From contig OZ024743.1 of NCBI GenBank assembly GCA_964016885.1, forward strand, positions 141,918,001 to 141,982,000: a stretch of 64,000 nt of DNA, given 5' to 3'. This document shows positions 47,700 to 59,569 of the stretch, piece by piece. Every line of letters starts with the position of its first letter. The first letter of the stretch is position 1. A program made the position numbers and the translations under genes. This stretch comes from Eledone cirrhosa. Its lineage: Eukaryota. Under the pieces are notes generated by a model. It made no database searches and was not told where the DNA came from. It was given only the letters and a program-made list of their open reading frames with translations.

Positions 47700-50600
47700 T
47701 GCTTGGTGTTTGGTGCTTGGTGTTAGGTGTTTGGTGCTTGGTGCTTGGTGTTTGGTGTTTGGTGCTTGGTGTTTGGTGCTTGGTGCTTGGTGTTTGGTGT
47801 TTGGTGCTTGGTGTTTGTTGCTTGGTACTTGGTGCTTGGTGCTTGGTGTTAGGTGTTTGGTGCTTGGTGCTTGGTGTTTGGTTTTTGGTGCTTGGTGCTT
47901 GGTGTTTGGTGTTTGGTGCTTGCTGCTGGCTGCTTGGTGTTTGGTGCTTGGTGATTGGTGCTTGGTGTTTGGTGCTTGGTGTTTGGTGTTTGGTACTAGG
48001 TGCTTGGTGTTTGGTGTTTGGTGCTTGGTGCTTGGTGTTTGGTGTTTCGTGTTTGGTGCTTGGTGCTTGGTGCTTGGTGCTGGGTGGTTGGTGTTTGGTG
48101 CTTGGTGATTAGTGTTTGGTGCTAGGTGCTTGGGGTTTGGTGTTTGGTGCTTGGTGCTTGGTGTTTGGTGCTTGGTGCTTGTTGTTTGGTGCTTGGTGCT
48201 TGGTGTTTGGTGTTTGCCGTTTGCTGTTTGGTGTTTGTTGTTTGGTGTTTGTTGATTGGTGTTTGCTGTTTGGTGTTTGGTATTTGGTGTTTGCTGTTTG
48301 GTGTCTGCTTTTTGGTGTTTGGTGTTTGCTGTATGTTGTTTGCTGTTTGGTGTTTGGTGTTTGGTGTTTGCTGCTTGGTGCTTGGTGTTTGGTGCTTGGG
48401 GCTTCGTGTTTGGTGCCTGGTGCTTTGTACTTGGTTGTTTGGTGTTTGGTGCTTGGTGCTTGGGGCTTGGAGTTTGGTGTTTGGTGCTTGGTGTTTGGTG
48501 TTTGTACTTGGTGCTTGGTGCTTGGTGTTTGGTTCTTGGTTCTTGGTGTTTGGTACTTGGTGCTTGGTGCTTGGTGCATGGTGTTTGGTGTTTGGTGCTT
48601 GGTGTTTGGTGCTTGGTGCTTGGTGCTTGGTGCTTGGTGTTAGGTGTTTGGTGCTTGGTGCTTGGTGTTTGGTGCTTGGTGTTTGCTGTTTGGTGTTTGG
48701 TGTTTGGTGTTTGGTGTTTGCTGTTTGGTGTTTGGTGCTTGGTGTTTGGTGTTTGGTGCTTGGTGCTTGGTGTTTGGTGCTTGGTGCTTGGTGCTTGCTG
48801 CTTGGTGTTTGGTGCTTGGTGATTGATGCTTGGTGTTTGGTGCTTGGTGCTCAGTGTTTGGTTTTTGGTGCTAGGTACTTGGTGCATGGTGTTTGGTGCT
48901 TGGTGTTTGGTGTTTGGTGGTTGGTGCTTGGGGATTGGTGTTTGGTACTTGGTGCTTGGTGCTTGGTGTTTGGTGCTTGGTGCTTGGTGTTTGGTGTTTG
49001 GTGCTTGGTGCTTGGTGTTTGGTGCTTGGTGCTTGGTGTTTGGTGTTTGGTGCTTGGTGCTTGGTGTTTGGTGCTTGGTGCTTGGTGCTTGTTGTTTGGT
49101 GATTGGTGCTTGGTGCTTGGTGTTTGGTGTTTGGTGCTTGGGGCTTGGTGTTTGGTGCTGCGTGCTTGGTGCTTGGTGCTTGGTGCTTGGTGCTTGGTGT
49201 TTTGTGTTTGGTGTTTGATGCTTGGTGCTTGGTGTTTGGTGTTTGGTGCTTGGTGTTTGGTGTTTGCTGTTTGCTGTTTGCTGTTTGGTGTTTGCTGTTT
49301 GGTGTTTGGTGTTTGGTGTTTGCTGTTTGGTGTTTGCTGTTTGGTGTTTGGTGCTTGCTGTTTGGTGCTTGGTGTTTGGTGCTTGGTGCTTGGTGTTTGG
49401 TGTTTGGTGTTTGGTGCTTGGTGCTTGGGGCTTGATTTGGTGCTTGGTGCTTGGTGCTTGGTGTTTGGTGTTTGGTGCTTGGTGTTTGGTGCTTGGTGCT
49501 TGGTGCTTGGTGTTTGGTGTTTGGTGCTTGGTGTTTTATGCTTGGTGTTTGATGTTTGGTGCTTGGTGCTTGGTGTTTGGTGCTTGGTGCTTGGTGTTTA
49601 TACTTGGTGCTTGGTGCTTGGTTCTTGGTGTTTGGTGCTTGGTGCTTGGTGCTTGGTGCTTGGTGTTTGGTGCTTGGTGTTTGGTGCTTGGTGCCTGGTG
49701 CTTGGTGCTTGGTGCTTGGTGTTTGGTGCTTGGTGTTTGGTGCTTGGTATTAGGTATTTGGTGCTTGGTGCTTGGTGTTTGGTGTTTGGTGCTTGGTGTT
49801 TGGTGCTTGGTGCTTGGTGTTTGGTGTTTGGTGCTTGGTGTTTGGTGCTTGGTGCTTGGTGTTTGGTTTTTGGTGCTTGGTGCTTGGTGTTTGGTGTTTG
49901 GTGCTTGCTGCTGGCTGCTTGGTGTTTGGTGCTTGGTGATTGGTGCTTGGTGTTTGGTGCTTGGTGTTTGGTGTTTGGTACTAGGTGCTTGGTGTTTGGT
50001 GTTTGGTGCTTGGTGCTTGGTGTTTGGTGTTTCGTGTTTGGTGCTTGGTGCTTGGTGCTTGGTGCTGGGTGGTTGGTGTTTGGTGCTTGGTGATTAGTGT
50101 TTGGTGCTAGGTGCTTGGGGTTTGGTGTTTGGTGCTTGGTGCTTGGTGTTTGGTGCTTGGTGCTTGGTGTTTGGTGCTTGGTGCTTGGTGTTTGGTGTTT
50201 GCCGTTTGCTGTTTGGTGTTTGTTGTTTGGTGTTTGCTGTTTGGTGTTTGGTATTTGGTGTTTGCTGTTTGGTGTCTGCTTTTTGGTGTTTGGTGTTTGC
50301 TGTATGTTGTTTGCTGTTTGGTGTTTGGTGTTTGGTGTTTGGTGTTTGCTGCTTGGTGCTTGGTGTTTGGTGCTTGGGGCTTCGTGTTTGGTGCCTGGTG
50401 CTTGGTACTTGGTTGTTTGGTGTTTGGTGCTTGGTGCTTGGGGCTTGGAGTTTGGTGTTTGGTGCTTGGTGCTTGGTGTTTGTACTTGGTGCTTGGTGCT
50501 TGGTGTTTGGTTCTTGGTTCTTGGTGTTTGGTACTTGGTGCTTGGTGCTTGGTGCTTGGTGTTTGGTGTTTGGTGCTTGGTGTTTGGTGCTTGGTGCTTC

Positions 50601-51400
50601 GTGCTTGGTGCTTGGTGTTAGGTGTTTGGTGCTTGGTGCTTGGTGTTTGGTGCTTGGTGTTTGCTGTTTGGTGTTTGGTGTTTGGTGTTTGGTGTTTGCT
50701 GTTTGGTGCTCAGTGTTTGGTTTTTGGTGCTAGGTGCTTGGTGCATGGTGTTTGGTGCTTGGTGTTTGGTGTTTGGTGGTTGGTGCTTGGGGATTGGTGT
50801 TTGGTACTTGGTGCTTGGTGCTTGGTGTTTGGTGCTTGGTGCTTGGTGTTTGGTGTTTGGTGCTTGGTGCTTGGTGTTTGGTGCTTGGTGCTTGGTGTTT
50901 GGTGTTTGGTGCTTGGTGCTTGGTGTTTGGTGCTTGGTGCTTGGTGCTTGTTGTTTGGTGATTGGTGCTTGGTGCTTGGTGTTTGGTGTTTGGTGCTTGG
51001 GGCTTGGTGTTTGGTGCTGGATGCTTGGTGCTTGGTGCTTGGTGCTTGGTGCTTGGTGTTTTGTGTTTGGTGTTTGATGCTTGGTGCTTGGTGTTTGGTG
51101 TTTGGTGCTTGGTGTTTGGTGTTTGCTGTTTGCTGTTTGCTGTTTGGTGTTTGCTGTTTGGTGTTTGGTGTTTGGTGTTTGCTGTTTGGTGTTTGCTGTT
51201 TGGTGTTTGGTGCTTGCTGTTTGGTGCTTGGTGTTTGGTGCTTGGTGCTTGGTGTTTGGTGTTTGGTGTTTGGTGCTTGGTGCTTGGGGCTTGATTTGGT
51301 GCTTGGTGCTTGGTGCTTGGTGTTTGGTGTTTGGTGCTTGGTGTTTGGTGCTTGGTGCTTGGTGCTTGGTGTTTGGTGCTTGGTGTTTGGTGCATGGTGC
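47700..51400 (+). repeat. Imperfect tandem duplication of about 1.86-1.99 kb
   Basis: Offsets +1985 (48116/50101), +1978 (TTGGTTGT 48431/50409) and +1859 (TTGGGGA 48928/50787, TTGAT 49432/51291, ORFs 49103/50962). Confidence 0.8.
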
Positions 51401-54399
51401 TTGGTGCTTGTTGTTTGTCGCTTGTTGCTTGGTGCTTGGTGTTTGGTGCTTGGTGCTTGGTGTTTGGTGTTTGGTGCTTGGTGCTTGGTGTTTGGTGTTT
51501 GGTGCTTGGTGTTTGGTGTTTGGTGCTTGGTGCTTGGTGTTTGTTGCTTAGTACTTGGTGCATGGTGTTTGGTGCTGGGTGCTTGGTGTTTGGTGCTTGG
51601 TGTTTGGTGCTTGGTGCTTGGTGTTTGGTGTTTGGTGTTTGATGCATGGTGTTTTATGCTTGGTGCTTGGTGTTTGGTGCTTGGTGTTTGTACTTGGTGC
51701 TTGGTGCTTGGTGTTTTGTGCTTGGTTCTTGGTGTCTGGTGTTTGGTGCTTGGTACTTGGTGCTTGGTGTTAGGTGTTTGGTGCTTGGTGCTTGGTGTTT
51801 GGTGTTTGGTCCTTGGTGCTTGGTGCTTGGTGTTCAGTGCTTGGTGCTTGGTGTTTGTTGTTTGGTGCTTTCTGCTTGCTGCTTGGTGTTTGCTGCTTGG
51901 TGCTTGGTGCTTGGTGTTTGGTGTTTGGTGCTAGGTGCTTGGTGTTTGGTGTTTGGTGTTTGATGCTTGGTGTTTGGTGTTTGGTGCTTGGTGCTTGGGG
52001 CTTGGTGTTTTGTGCTTGGTGCTTGGTGCTTGGTGTTTGGTGCTTGGTGCTTGGTGTTTGGTGTTTGGTGTTTGGTGCTTGGTGCTTGGTGTTTGGTGCT
52101 TAGTGCTTGGTGCTGGGTGGTTGGTATTTGGTGCTTGGTGCTTGGTGTTTGGTGCTTGGTGCTTGGTGCTTGGTGTTTGGTGCTTGGTGCTTGGTGCTTG
52201 GTCTTTGGTTCTTGGTGTTTGGTGTTTGGTGCTTGGTGATTTGTGTTTGGTGCTTGGTGATTAGTGTTTGGTGCTTGGTGCTTGGGGTTTGGTGTTTGGT
52301 GCTTGGTACTTGGTGTTTGGTGCTTGGTGTTTGGTGTTTGCTGTTTGGTGTTTGGTGTTTGGTGTTTGCTGTTTGGTGTCTGCTTTTTGGTGTTTGGTGT
52401 TTGCTGTATGATGTTTGCTGTTTCGTGTTTGGTGTTTGCTGTTTGGTGTTTGGTGTTTGCTGTTTGGTGTTTGGTCTTTGGTGCTTGGTGTTTGGTGCTT
52501 GGTGCTGGGTGTTTGGTGTTTGGTGCTTGGTGTTTGGTGTTTGGTGCTTGGTGCTTGGTGCTTGGTGTTTGCTGTTTGGTGTTTGGTGCTTGGTGTCTGG
52601 TGCTTGGTGTTTGGTGTTTGGTGTTTGGTGCTTGGTGTTTGGTGTTTGGTGTTTGGTGCTTGTTGCTTGGTGCTTGGTGCTTGGTGTTTGGTGCTTGGTG
52701 CTTGGTGTTTGGTGCTGGGTGCTTGGTGTTTGGTGTTTGGTGCTTGGTGCTTGGTGTTTGGTGTTTGGTGCTTGGTGCTTGGTGTTTGGTGTTTGGTGTT
52801 ATATGCTTGGTGTTTGATGCTTGGTGCTTGGTGCTTGGTGTTTGGTGTTTGGTGCTTGGTGTTTTATGCTTGGTGTTTGATGTTTGGTGCTTGGTGCTTG
52901 GTGTTTGGTGCTTGGTGCTTGGTGTTTATACTTGGTGCTTGGTGCTTGGTTCTTGGTGTTTGGTGCTTGGTGCTTGGTGCTTGGTGCTTGGTGTTTGGTG
53001 CTTGGTGTTTGGTGCTTGGTGCCTGGTGCTTGGTGCTTGGTGCTTGGTGTTTGGTGCTTGGTGTTTGGTGCTTGGTATTAGGTATTTGGTGCTTGGTGCT
53101 TGGTGTTTGGTGTTTGGTGCTTGGTGTTTGGTGCTTGGTGCTTGGTGTTTGGTGTTTGGTGCTTGGTGTTTGGTGCTTGGTACTTTGTGCTTGGTGCTTG
53201 GTGTTAGGTGTTTGGTGCTTGGTGCTTGGTGTTTGGTTTTTGGTGCTTGGTGCTTGGTGTTTGGTGTTTGGTGCTTGCTGCTGGCTGCTTGGTGTTTGGT
53301 GCTTGGTGATTGGTGCTTGGTGTTTGGTGCTTGGTGTTTGGTGTTTGGTACTAGGTGCTTGGTGCTTGGTGTTTGGTGCTTGGTGCTTGGTGTTTGGTGT
53401 TTGGTGCTTGGTGCTTGGTGTTTGGTTCTTGGTGCTGGGTTCTGGGTGGTTGGTCTTTGGTGCTTGGTGTTTGCTGTATGTTATTTGCTGTTTGGTGTTT
53501 GGTGTTTGGTGTTTGGTGCTTGGTGCTTGGTGTTTGGTGCTTGGTGCTTGGTGTTTGGTGCCTGGTGCTTGGTGCTTGGTGTTTGGTGTTTGGTGCTTGG
53601 AGTTTGGTGTTTGGTGCTTGGTGCTTGGTGTTTTGTGTTTGGTGTTTGGTTTTTGGTGCTTGGTGCTTGGTGTTTGGTGCTTGGTCCTTGGTGTTTGGTG
53701 CTTGGTGCTTGGTGTTTGTACTTGGTGCTTGGTGCTTGGTGTTTGGTTCTTGGTTCTTGGTGTTTGGTACTTGGTGTTTGGTGCTTGGTGCTTGGTGTTT
53801 GATGCTTGGTGTTTGGTGTTTGCTGTTTGGTGTTTGGTGTTTGGTGTTTGGTGTTTGCTGTTTGGTGTCTGCTTTTTGGTGTTTGGTGTTTGCTGTATGG
53901 TGTTTGCTGTTTCGTGTTTGGTGTTTGCTGTTTGGTGTTTGGTGTTTGCTGTTTGGTGTTTGGTCTTTGGTGCTTGGTGTTTGGTGCTTGGTGCTTGGTG
54001 TTTGGTGTTTGGTGCTTGGTGCTTGGTGCTTCGTGTTTGGTGTTTGGTGCTTGGTGTCTGGAGCTTGGTGTTTGGTGTTTGGTGCTTGGTGTTTGGTGTT
54101 TGGTGCTTGGTGCTTGGTGTTTGGTGCTTGGTGCTTGGTGTTTGTACTTGGTGCTTGGTGCTTGGTGTTTGGTGCTTGGTTCTTGGTGTTTGGTGCTTGG
54201 TGTTTGGTGCTTGGTGCTTGGTGTTTGGTGCTTGGTGCTTGGTGCTTGGTGCTTGGTGTTAGGTGTTTGGTGCTTGGTGCTTGGTGTTTGGTGTTTGGTT
54301 CTTGGTGCTTGGTATTTGGTGCTTGGTGCTTGCTGCTTGGTGTTTGGTGCTTGGTGATTGATGCTTGGTGTTTGGTGCTTGGTGCCTGGTGTTTGGTTT

Positions 54400-57300
54400 T
54401 TGGTGCTAGGTGCTTGGTGCTTGGTGTTTGGTGCTTGGTGTTTGGTGTTTGGTGCTTGGTGCTTGGTGTTTGGTGCTAGGTGCTTGGTGCTTGGTGTTTG
54501 GTGCTAGGTGCATGGTGCTTGGTGCTTGGTGCTTGGTGCTTGGTGCTTGGTCCTTGGTGTTTGGTGCTTGGTGCTTGGTGTTTGGTGTTTGGTTCTTGGT
54601 GCTTGGTGCTTCGTGTTTGGTGTTTGGTGCTTGGTGTCTGGAGCTTGGTATTTGGTGTTTGGTGCTTGGTGTTTGGTGTTTGGTGCTTGGTGCTTGGTGT
54701 TTGGTGCTTGGTGCTTGGTGTTTGTACTTGGTGCTTGGTGCTTGGTGTTTGGTGCTTGGTTCTTGGTGTTTGGTGCTTGGTGTTTGGAGCTTGGTGCTTG
54801 GTTTTTGGTGCTTGGTGCTTGGTGTTTGTACTTGGTGCTTGGTGCTTGCTGTTTGGGGCTTGGTTCTTGGTGTTTGGTGCTTGGTGTTTGGAGCTTGGTG
54901 CTTGGTGTTTGGTGCTTGGTGCTTGGTGTTTGGTGTTTGGTGCCTGGTGCTTGGTGTTTGGTGTTTGGTGCTTGGTGTTTGGTGTTTGGTGCTTGGTGCT
55001 TGGTGTGTGTTGCTTGGTACTTGGTGCATGGTGTTTGGTGCTGGGTGCTTGGTGTTTGGTGCTTGGTGTTTGGTGCTTGGTGCTTGGTGTTTGGTGTTTG
55101 GTGTTTGATGCTTGGTGTTTGGTGCTTGGTGTTTGTACTTGGTGCTTGGTGCTTGGTGCTTGGTGTTTTGTGCTTGGTTCTTGGGGTTTGGTGTTTGGTG
55201 CTTGGTACTTGGTGCTTGGTGTTAGGTGTTTGGTGCTTGGTGCTTGGTGTTTGGTGTTTGGTCCTTGGTGCTTGGTGCTTGGTGTTTAGTGCTTGGTGCT
55301 TGGTGTTTGTTGTTTGGTGCTTTCTGTTTACTGCTTGGTGTTTGCTGCTTGGTGCTTGGTGCTTGGTGTTTGGTGTTTGGTGCTAGGTGCTTGGTGTTTG
55401 GTGTTTGGTGTTTGATGCTTGGTGTTTGGTGCTTGGTGTTTGGTGCTTGGTGCTTGGGGCTTGGTGTTTGGTGCTTGGTGCTTGGTGCTTGGTGTTTGGT
55501 GCTTGGTGCTTGGTGTTTGGTGTTTGGTGTTTGGTGCTTGGTGCTTGGTGTTTGGTGCTTGGTGCTTGGTGCTGGGTGGTTGGTATTTGGTGCTTGGTGC
55601 TTGGTGTTTGGTGCTTGGTGCTTGGTGCTTGGTGTTTGGTGCTTGGTGCTTGGTGCTTGGTCTTTGGTGCTTGGTGTTTGGTGTTTGGTGCTTGGTGCTT
55701 TGTGTTTGGTGCTTGGTGATTAGTGTTTGGTGCTTGGTACTTGGTGTTTGGTGCTTGGTGTTAGGTGTTTGCTGTTTGGTGTTTGGTGTTTGGTGTTTGC
55801 TGTTTGGTGTCTGCTTTTTGGTGTTTGGTGTTTGCTGTATGGTGTTTGCTGTTTCGTGTTTGGTGTTTGCTGTTTGGTGTTTGGTGTTTGCTGTTTGGTG
55901 TTTGGTCTTTGGTGCTTGGTGTTTGGTGGTTGGTGCTTGGTGTTTGGTGTTTGGTGCTTGGTGTTTGGTGTTTGGTGCTTGGTGCTTGGTGCTTGGTGTT
56001 TGGTGCTTGGTGTCTGGTGCTTGGTGTCTGGTGCTTGGTGTTTGGTGTTTGGTGTTTGGTGCTTGGTGTTTGGTGTTTGGTGTTTGGTGTTTGGTGCTTG
56101 TTGCTTGGTGCTTGGTGCTTGGTGTTTGGTGCTTGGTGCTTGGTGTTTGGTGCTGGGTGCTTTGTGTTTGGTGCTTGGTGCTTGGTGTTTGGTGTTTGGT
56201 GCTTGGTGCTTGGTGTTTGGTGTTTGGTGTTATATGCTTGGTGTTTGGTGCTTGGTGCTTGGTGTTTGGTGTTTGGTTCTTGATGCTTGGTATTTGGTGC
56301 TTGGTGCTTGCTGCTTGGTGTTTGGTGCTTGGTGATTGATGCTTGGTATTTGGTGCTTGGTGCTTGGTGTTTGGTTTTTGGTGCTAGGTGCTTGGTGCTT
56401 GGTGTTTGGTGCTTGGTGTTTGGTGTTTGGTGCTTGGTGCTTGGTGTTTGTACTTGGTGCTTGGTGCTTGGTGTTTGGTGCTTGGTTCTTGGTGTTTGGT
56501 GCTTGGTGTTTGGAGCTTGGTGCTTGGTGTTTGGTGCTTGGTGCTGGGTGGTTGTTGTTTGGTGCTTGGTGCTTGGTGTTTCGTGCTAGGTGCATGGTGC
56601 TTGGTGTTTGGTGCTTGGTGCTTGGTGCTTGGTCTTTGGTGTTTGGTGTTTATTGCTTGGTGCTTGGTGCTTGGTGCTTGGTGCTTGGTCCTTGGTGTTT
56701 GGTGCTTGGTGCTTGGTGTTTGGTGTTTGGTGCTTGGTGCTTGGTGCTTCGTGTTTGGTGTTTGGTGCTTGGTGTCTGGAGCTTGGTGTTTGGTGTTTGG
56801 TGCTTGGTGTTTGGTGTTTGGTGCTTGGTGCTTGGTGTTTGGTGCTTGGTGCTTGGTGTTTGTACTTGGTGCTTGGTGCTTGGTGTTTGGTGCTTGGTTC
56901 TTGGTGTTTGGTGCTTGGTGTTTGGAGCTTGGTGCTTGGTGTTTGGTGCTTGGTGCTTGGTGTTTGTACTTGGTGCTTGGTGCTTGGTGTTTGGTGCTTG
57001 GTTCTTGGTGTTTGGTGCTTGGTGTTTGGAGCTTGGTGCTTGGTGTTTGGTGCTTGGTGCTTGGTGTTTGGTGTTTGGTGCTTGGTGCTTGGTGTTTGGT
57101 GTTTGGTGCTTAGTGTTTGGTGTTTGGTGCTTGGTGCTTGGTGTTTGTTGCTTGGAACTTGGTGCATGGTGTTTGGTGCTGGGTGCTTGGTGTTTGGTGC
57201 TTGGTGTTTGGTGCTTGGTGCTTGGTGTTTGGTGTTTGGTGTTTGATGCTTGGTGTTTTATGCTTGGTGCTTGGTGTTTGGTGCTTGGTGTTTGTACTTG

Positions 57301-58310
57301 GTGCTTGGTGCTTGGTGTTTTGTACTTGGTGCTTGGTGTTAGGTGTTTGGTGCTTGGTGCTTGGTGTTTGGTGTTTGGTCCTTGGTGCTTGGTGCTTGGT
57401 GTTTAGTGCTTGGTGCTTGGTGTTTGTTGTTTGGTGCTTTCTGTTTGCTGCTTGGTGTTTGCTGCTTGGTGCTTGGTGCTTGGTGTTTGGTGTTTGGTGC
57501 TAGGTGCTTGGTGTTTGGTGTTTGGTGTTTGATGCTTGGTGTTTGGTGCTTGGTGTTTGGTGCTTGGTGCTTGGGGCTTGGTGTTTGGTGCTTGGTGCTT
57601 GGTGCTTGGTGTTTGGTGCTTGGTGCTTGGTGTTTGGTGTTTGGTGTTTGGTGCTTGGTGCTTGGTGTTTGGTGCTTGGTGCTTGGTGCTGGGTGGTTGG
57701 TATTTGGTGATTGGTGCTTGGTGCTTGGTGTTTGGTGCTTGGTGCTTGGTGCTTGGTCTTTGGTGCTTGGTGTTTGGTGTTTGGTGCTTGGTGCTTTGTG
57801 TTTGGTGCTTGGTGATTAGTGTTTGGTGCTTGGTACTTGGTGTTTGGTGCTTGGTGTTTGGTGTTTGCTGTTTGGTGTTTGGTGTTTGGTGTTTGCTGTT
57901 TGGTGTCTGCTTTTTGGTGTTTGGTGTTTGCTGTATGGTGTTTGCTGTTTCGTGTTTGGTGTTTGCTATTTGGTGTTTGGTGTTTGCTGTTTGGTGTTTG
58001 GTCTTTGGTGCTTGGTGTTTGGTGCTTGGTGCTTGGTATTTGGTGTTTTGTGCTTGGTGCTTGGTGCTTGGTGTTTGGTGCTTGGTGTCTGGTGCTTGGT
58101 GTCTGGTGCTTGGTGTTTGGTGTTTGGTGTTTGGTGCTTGGTGTTTGGTGTTTGGTGTTTGGTGTTTGGTGCTTGTTGCTTGGTGCTTGGTGCTTGGTGT
58201 TTGGTGCTTGGTGCTTGGTGTTTGGTGCTGGGTGCTTGGTGTTTGGTGCTTGGTGCTTGGTGCTTGGTGTTTGGTGTTTGGTGTTTGGTGTTATATGCTT
58301 GGTGTTTGAT
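54400..58310 (+). repeat. Imperfect tandem duplication of about 2.1 kb
   Basis: ORF pairs at +2117 (55226/57343, 55387/57504, 55419/57536) and +2096 (55727/57823). Ends are approximate. Confidence 0.75.
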
Positions 58311-59569
58311 GCTTGGTGCTTGGTGCTTGGTGTTTGGTGTTTGGTCCTTGGTGTTTTATGCTTGGTGTTTGATGTTTGGTGCTTGGTGCTTGGTGTTTGG
58401 TGCTTGGTGCTTGGTGTTTGTACTTGGTGCTTGGTGCTTGGTTCTTGGTGTTTGGTGCTTGGTGCTTGGTGCTTGGTGCTTGGTGTTTGGTGCTTGGTGT
58501 TTGGTGCTTGGTGTTTGATGCTTGGTGCCTGGTGCTTGGTGCTTGGTGCTTGGTGTTTGGTGCTTGGTGTTTGCTGCTTGGTATTAGGTGTTTGGTGCTT
58601 GGTGCTTGGTGTTTGGTGTTTGGTGCTTGGTGTTTGGTGCTTGGTGTTTGGTGTTTGGTGCTTGGTGTTTGGTGCTTGGTACTTGGTGCTTTGTGCTTGG
58701 TGTTAGGTGTTTGGTGCTTGGTGCTTGGTGTTTGGTTTTTGGTGCTTGGTGCTTGGTGTTTGGTGTTTGGTGCTTGCTGCTGGCTGCTTGGTGTTTGGTG
58801 CTTGGTGATTGGTGCTTGGTGTTTGGTGCTTGGTGTTTGGTGTTTGGTACTAGGTGCTTGGTGCTTGGTGTTTGGTGCTTGGTGCTTGGTGTTTGGTGCT
58901 TGGTGCTGGGTTCTGGGTGGTTGGTGTTTGGTGCTTGGTGTTTGGTGCTGAGTGCTTGGTGTTTGGTGCTTGGTGCTCGGTCTTTGGTGTTTGGTGTTTG
59001 GTGTTTGGGGCTTGGTGCTTGGTGCTTGGTGTTTGGTGCTTGGTGCTTGGTGTTTGGTGTTTGGTGCTTAGTGTTTGGTGCTAGGTGCTTGGGGTTTGGT
59101 GTTTGGTGCTTGGTGCTTGGTGTTTGGTGCTTGGTGCTTGGTGTTTGGTGTTTGGTGCTTGGTGCTTGGTGTTTGGTGTTTCCTGTTTGCTGTTTGGTGT
59201 TTGGTGTTTGGTGTTTGCTGTTTGGTGTCTGCTTTTTGGTGTTTGGTGTTTGCTGTATGTTATTTGCTGTTTGGTGTTTGGTGTTTGGTGTTTGGTGCTT
59301 GGTGCTTGGTGTTTGGTGCTTGGTGCTTGGTGTTTGGTGCCTGGTGCTTGGGGCTTGGTGTTTGGTGTTTGGTGCTTGGTGCTTGGAGTTTGGTGTTTGG
59401 TGCTTGGTGCTTGGTGTTTTGTGTTTGGTGTTTGGTTTTTGGTGCTTGGTGCTTGGTGCTTGGTGCTTGGTCCTTGGTGTTTGGTGCTTGGTGCTTGGTG
59501 TTTGTACTTGGTGCTTGGTGCTTGGTGTTTGGTTCTTGGTTCTTGGTGTTTGGTACTTGGTGCTTGGTG

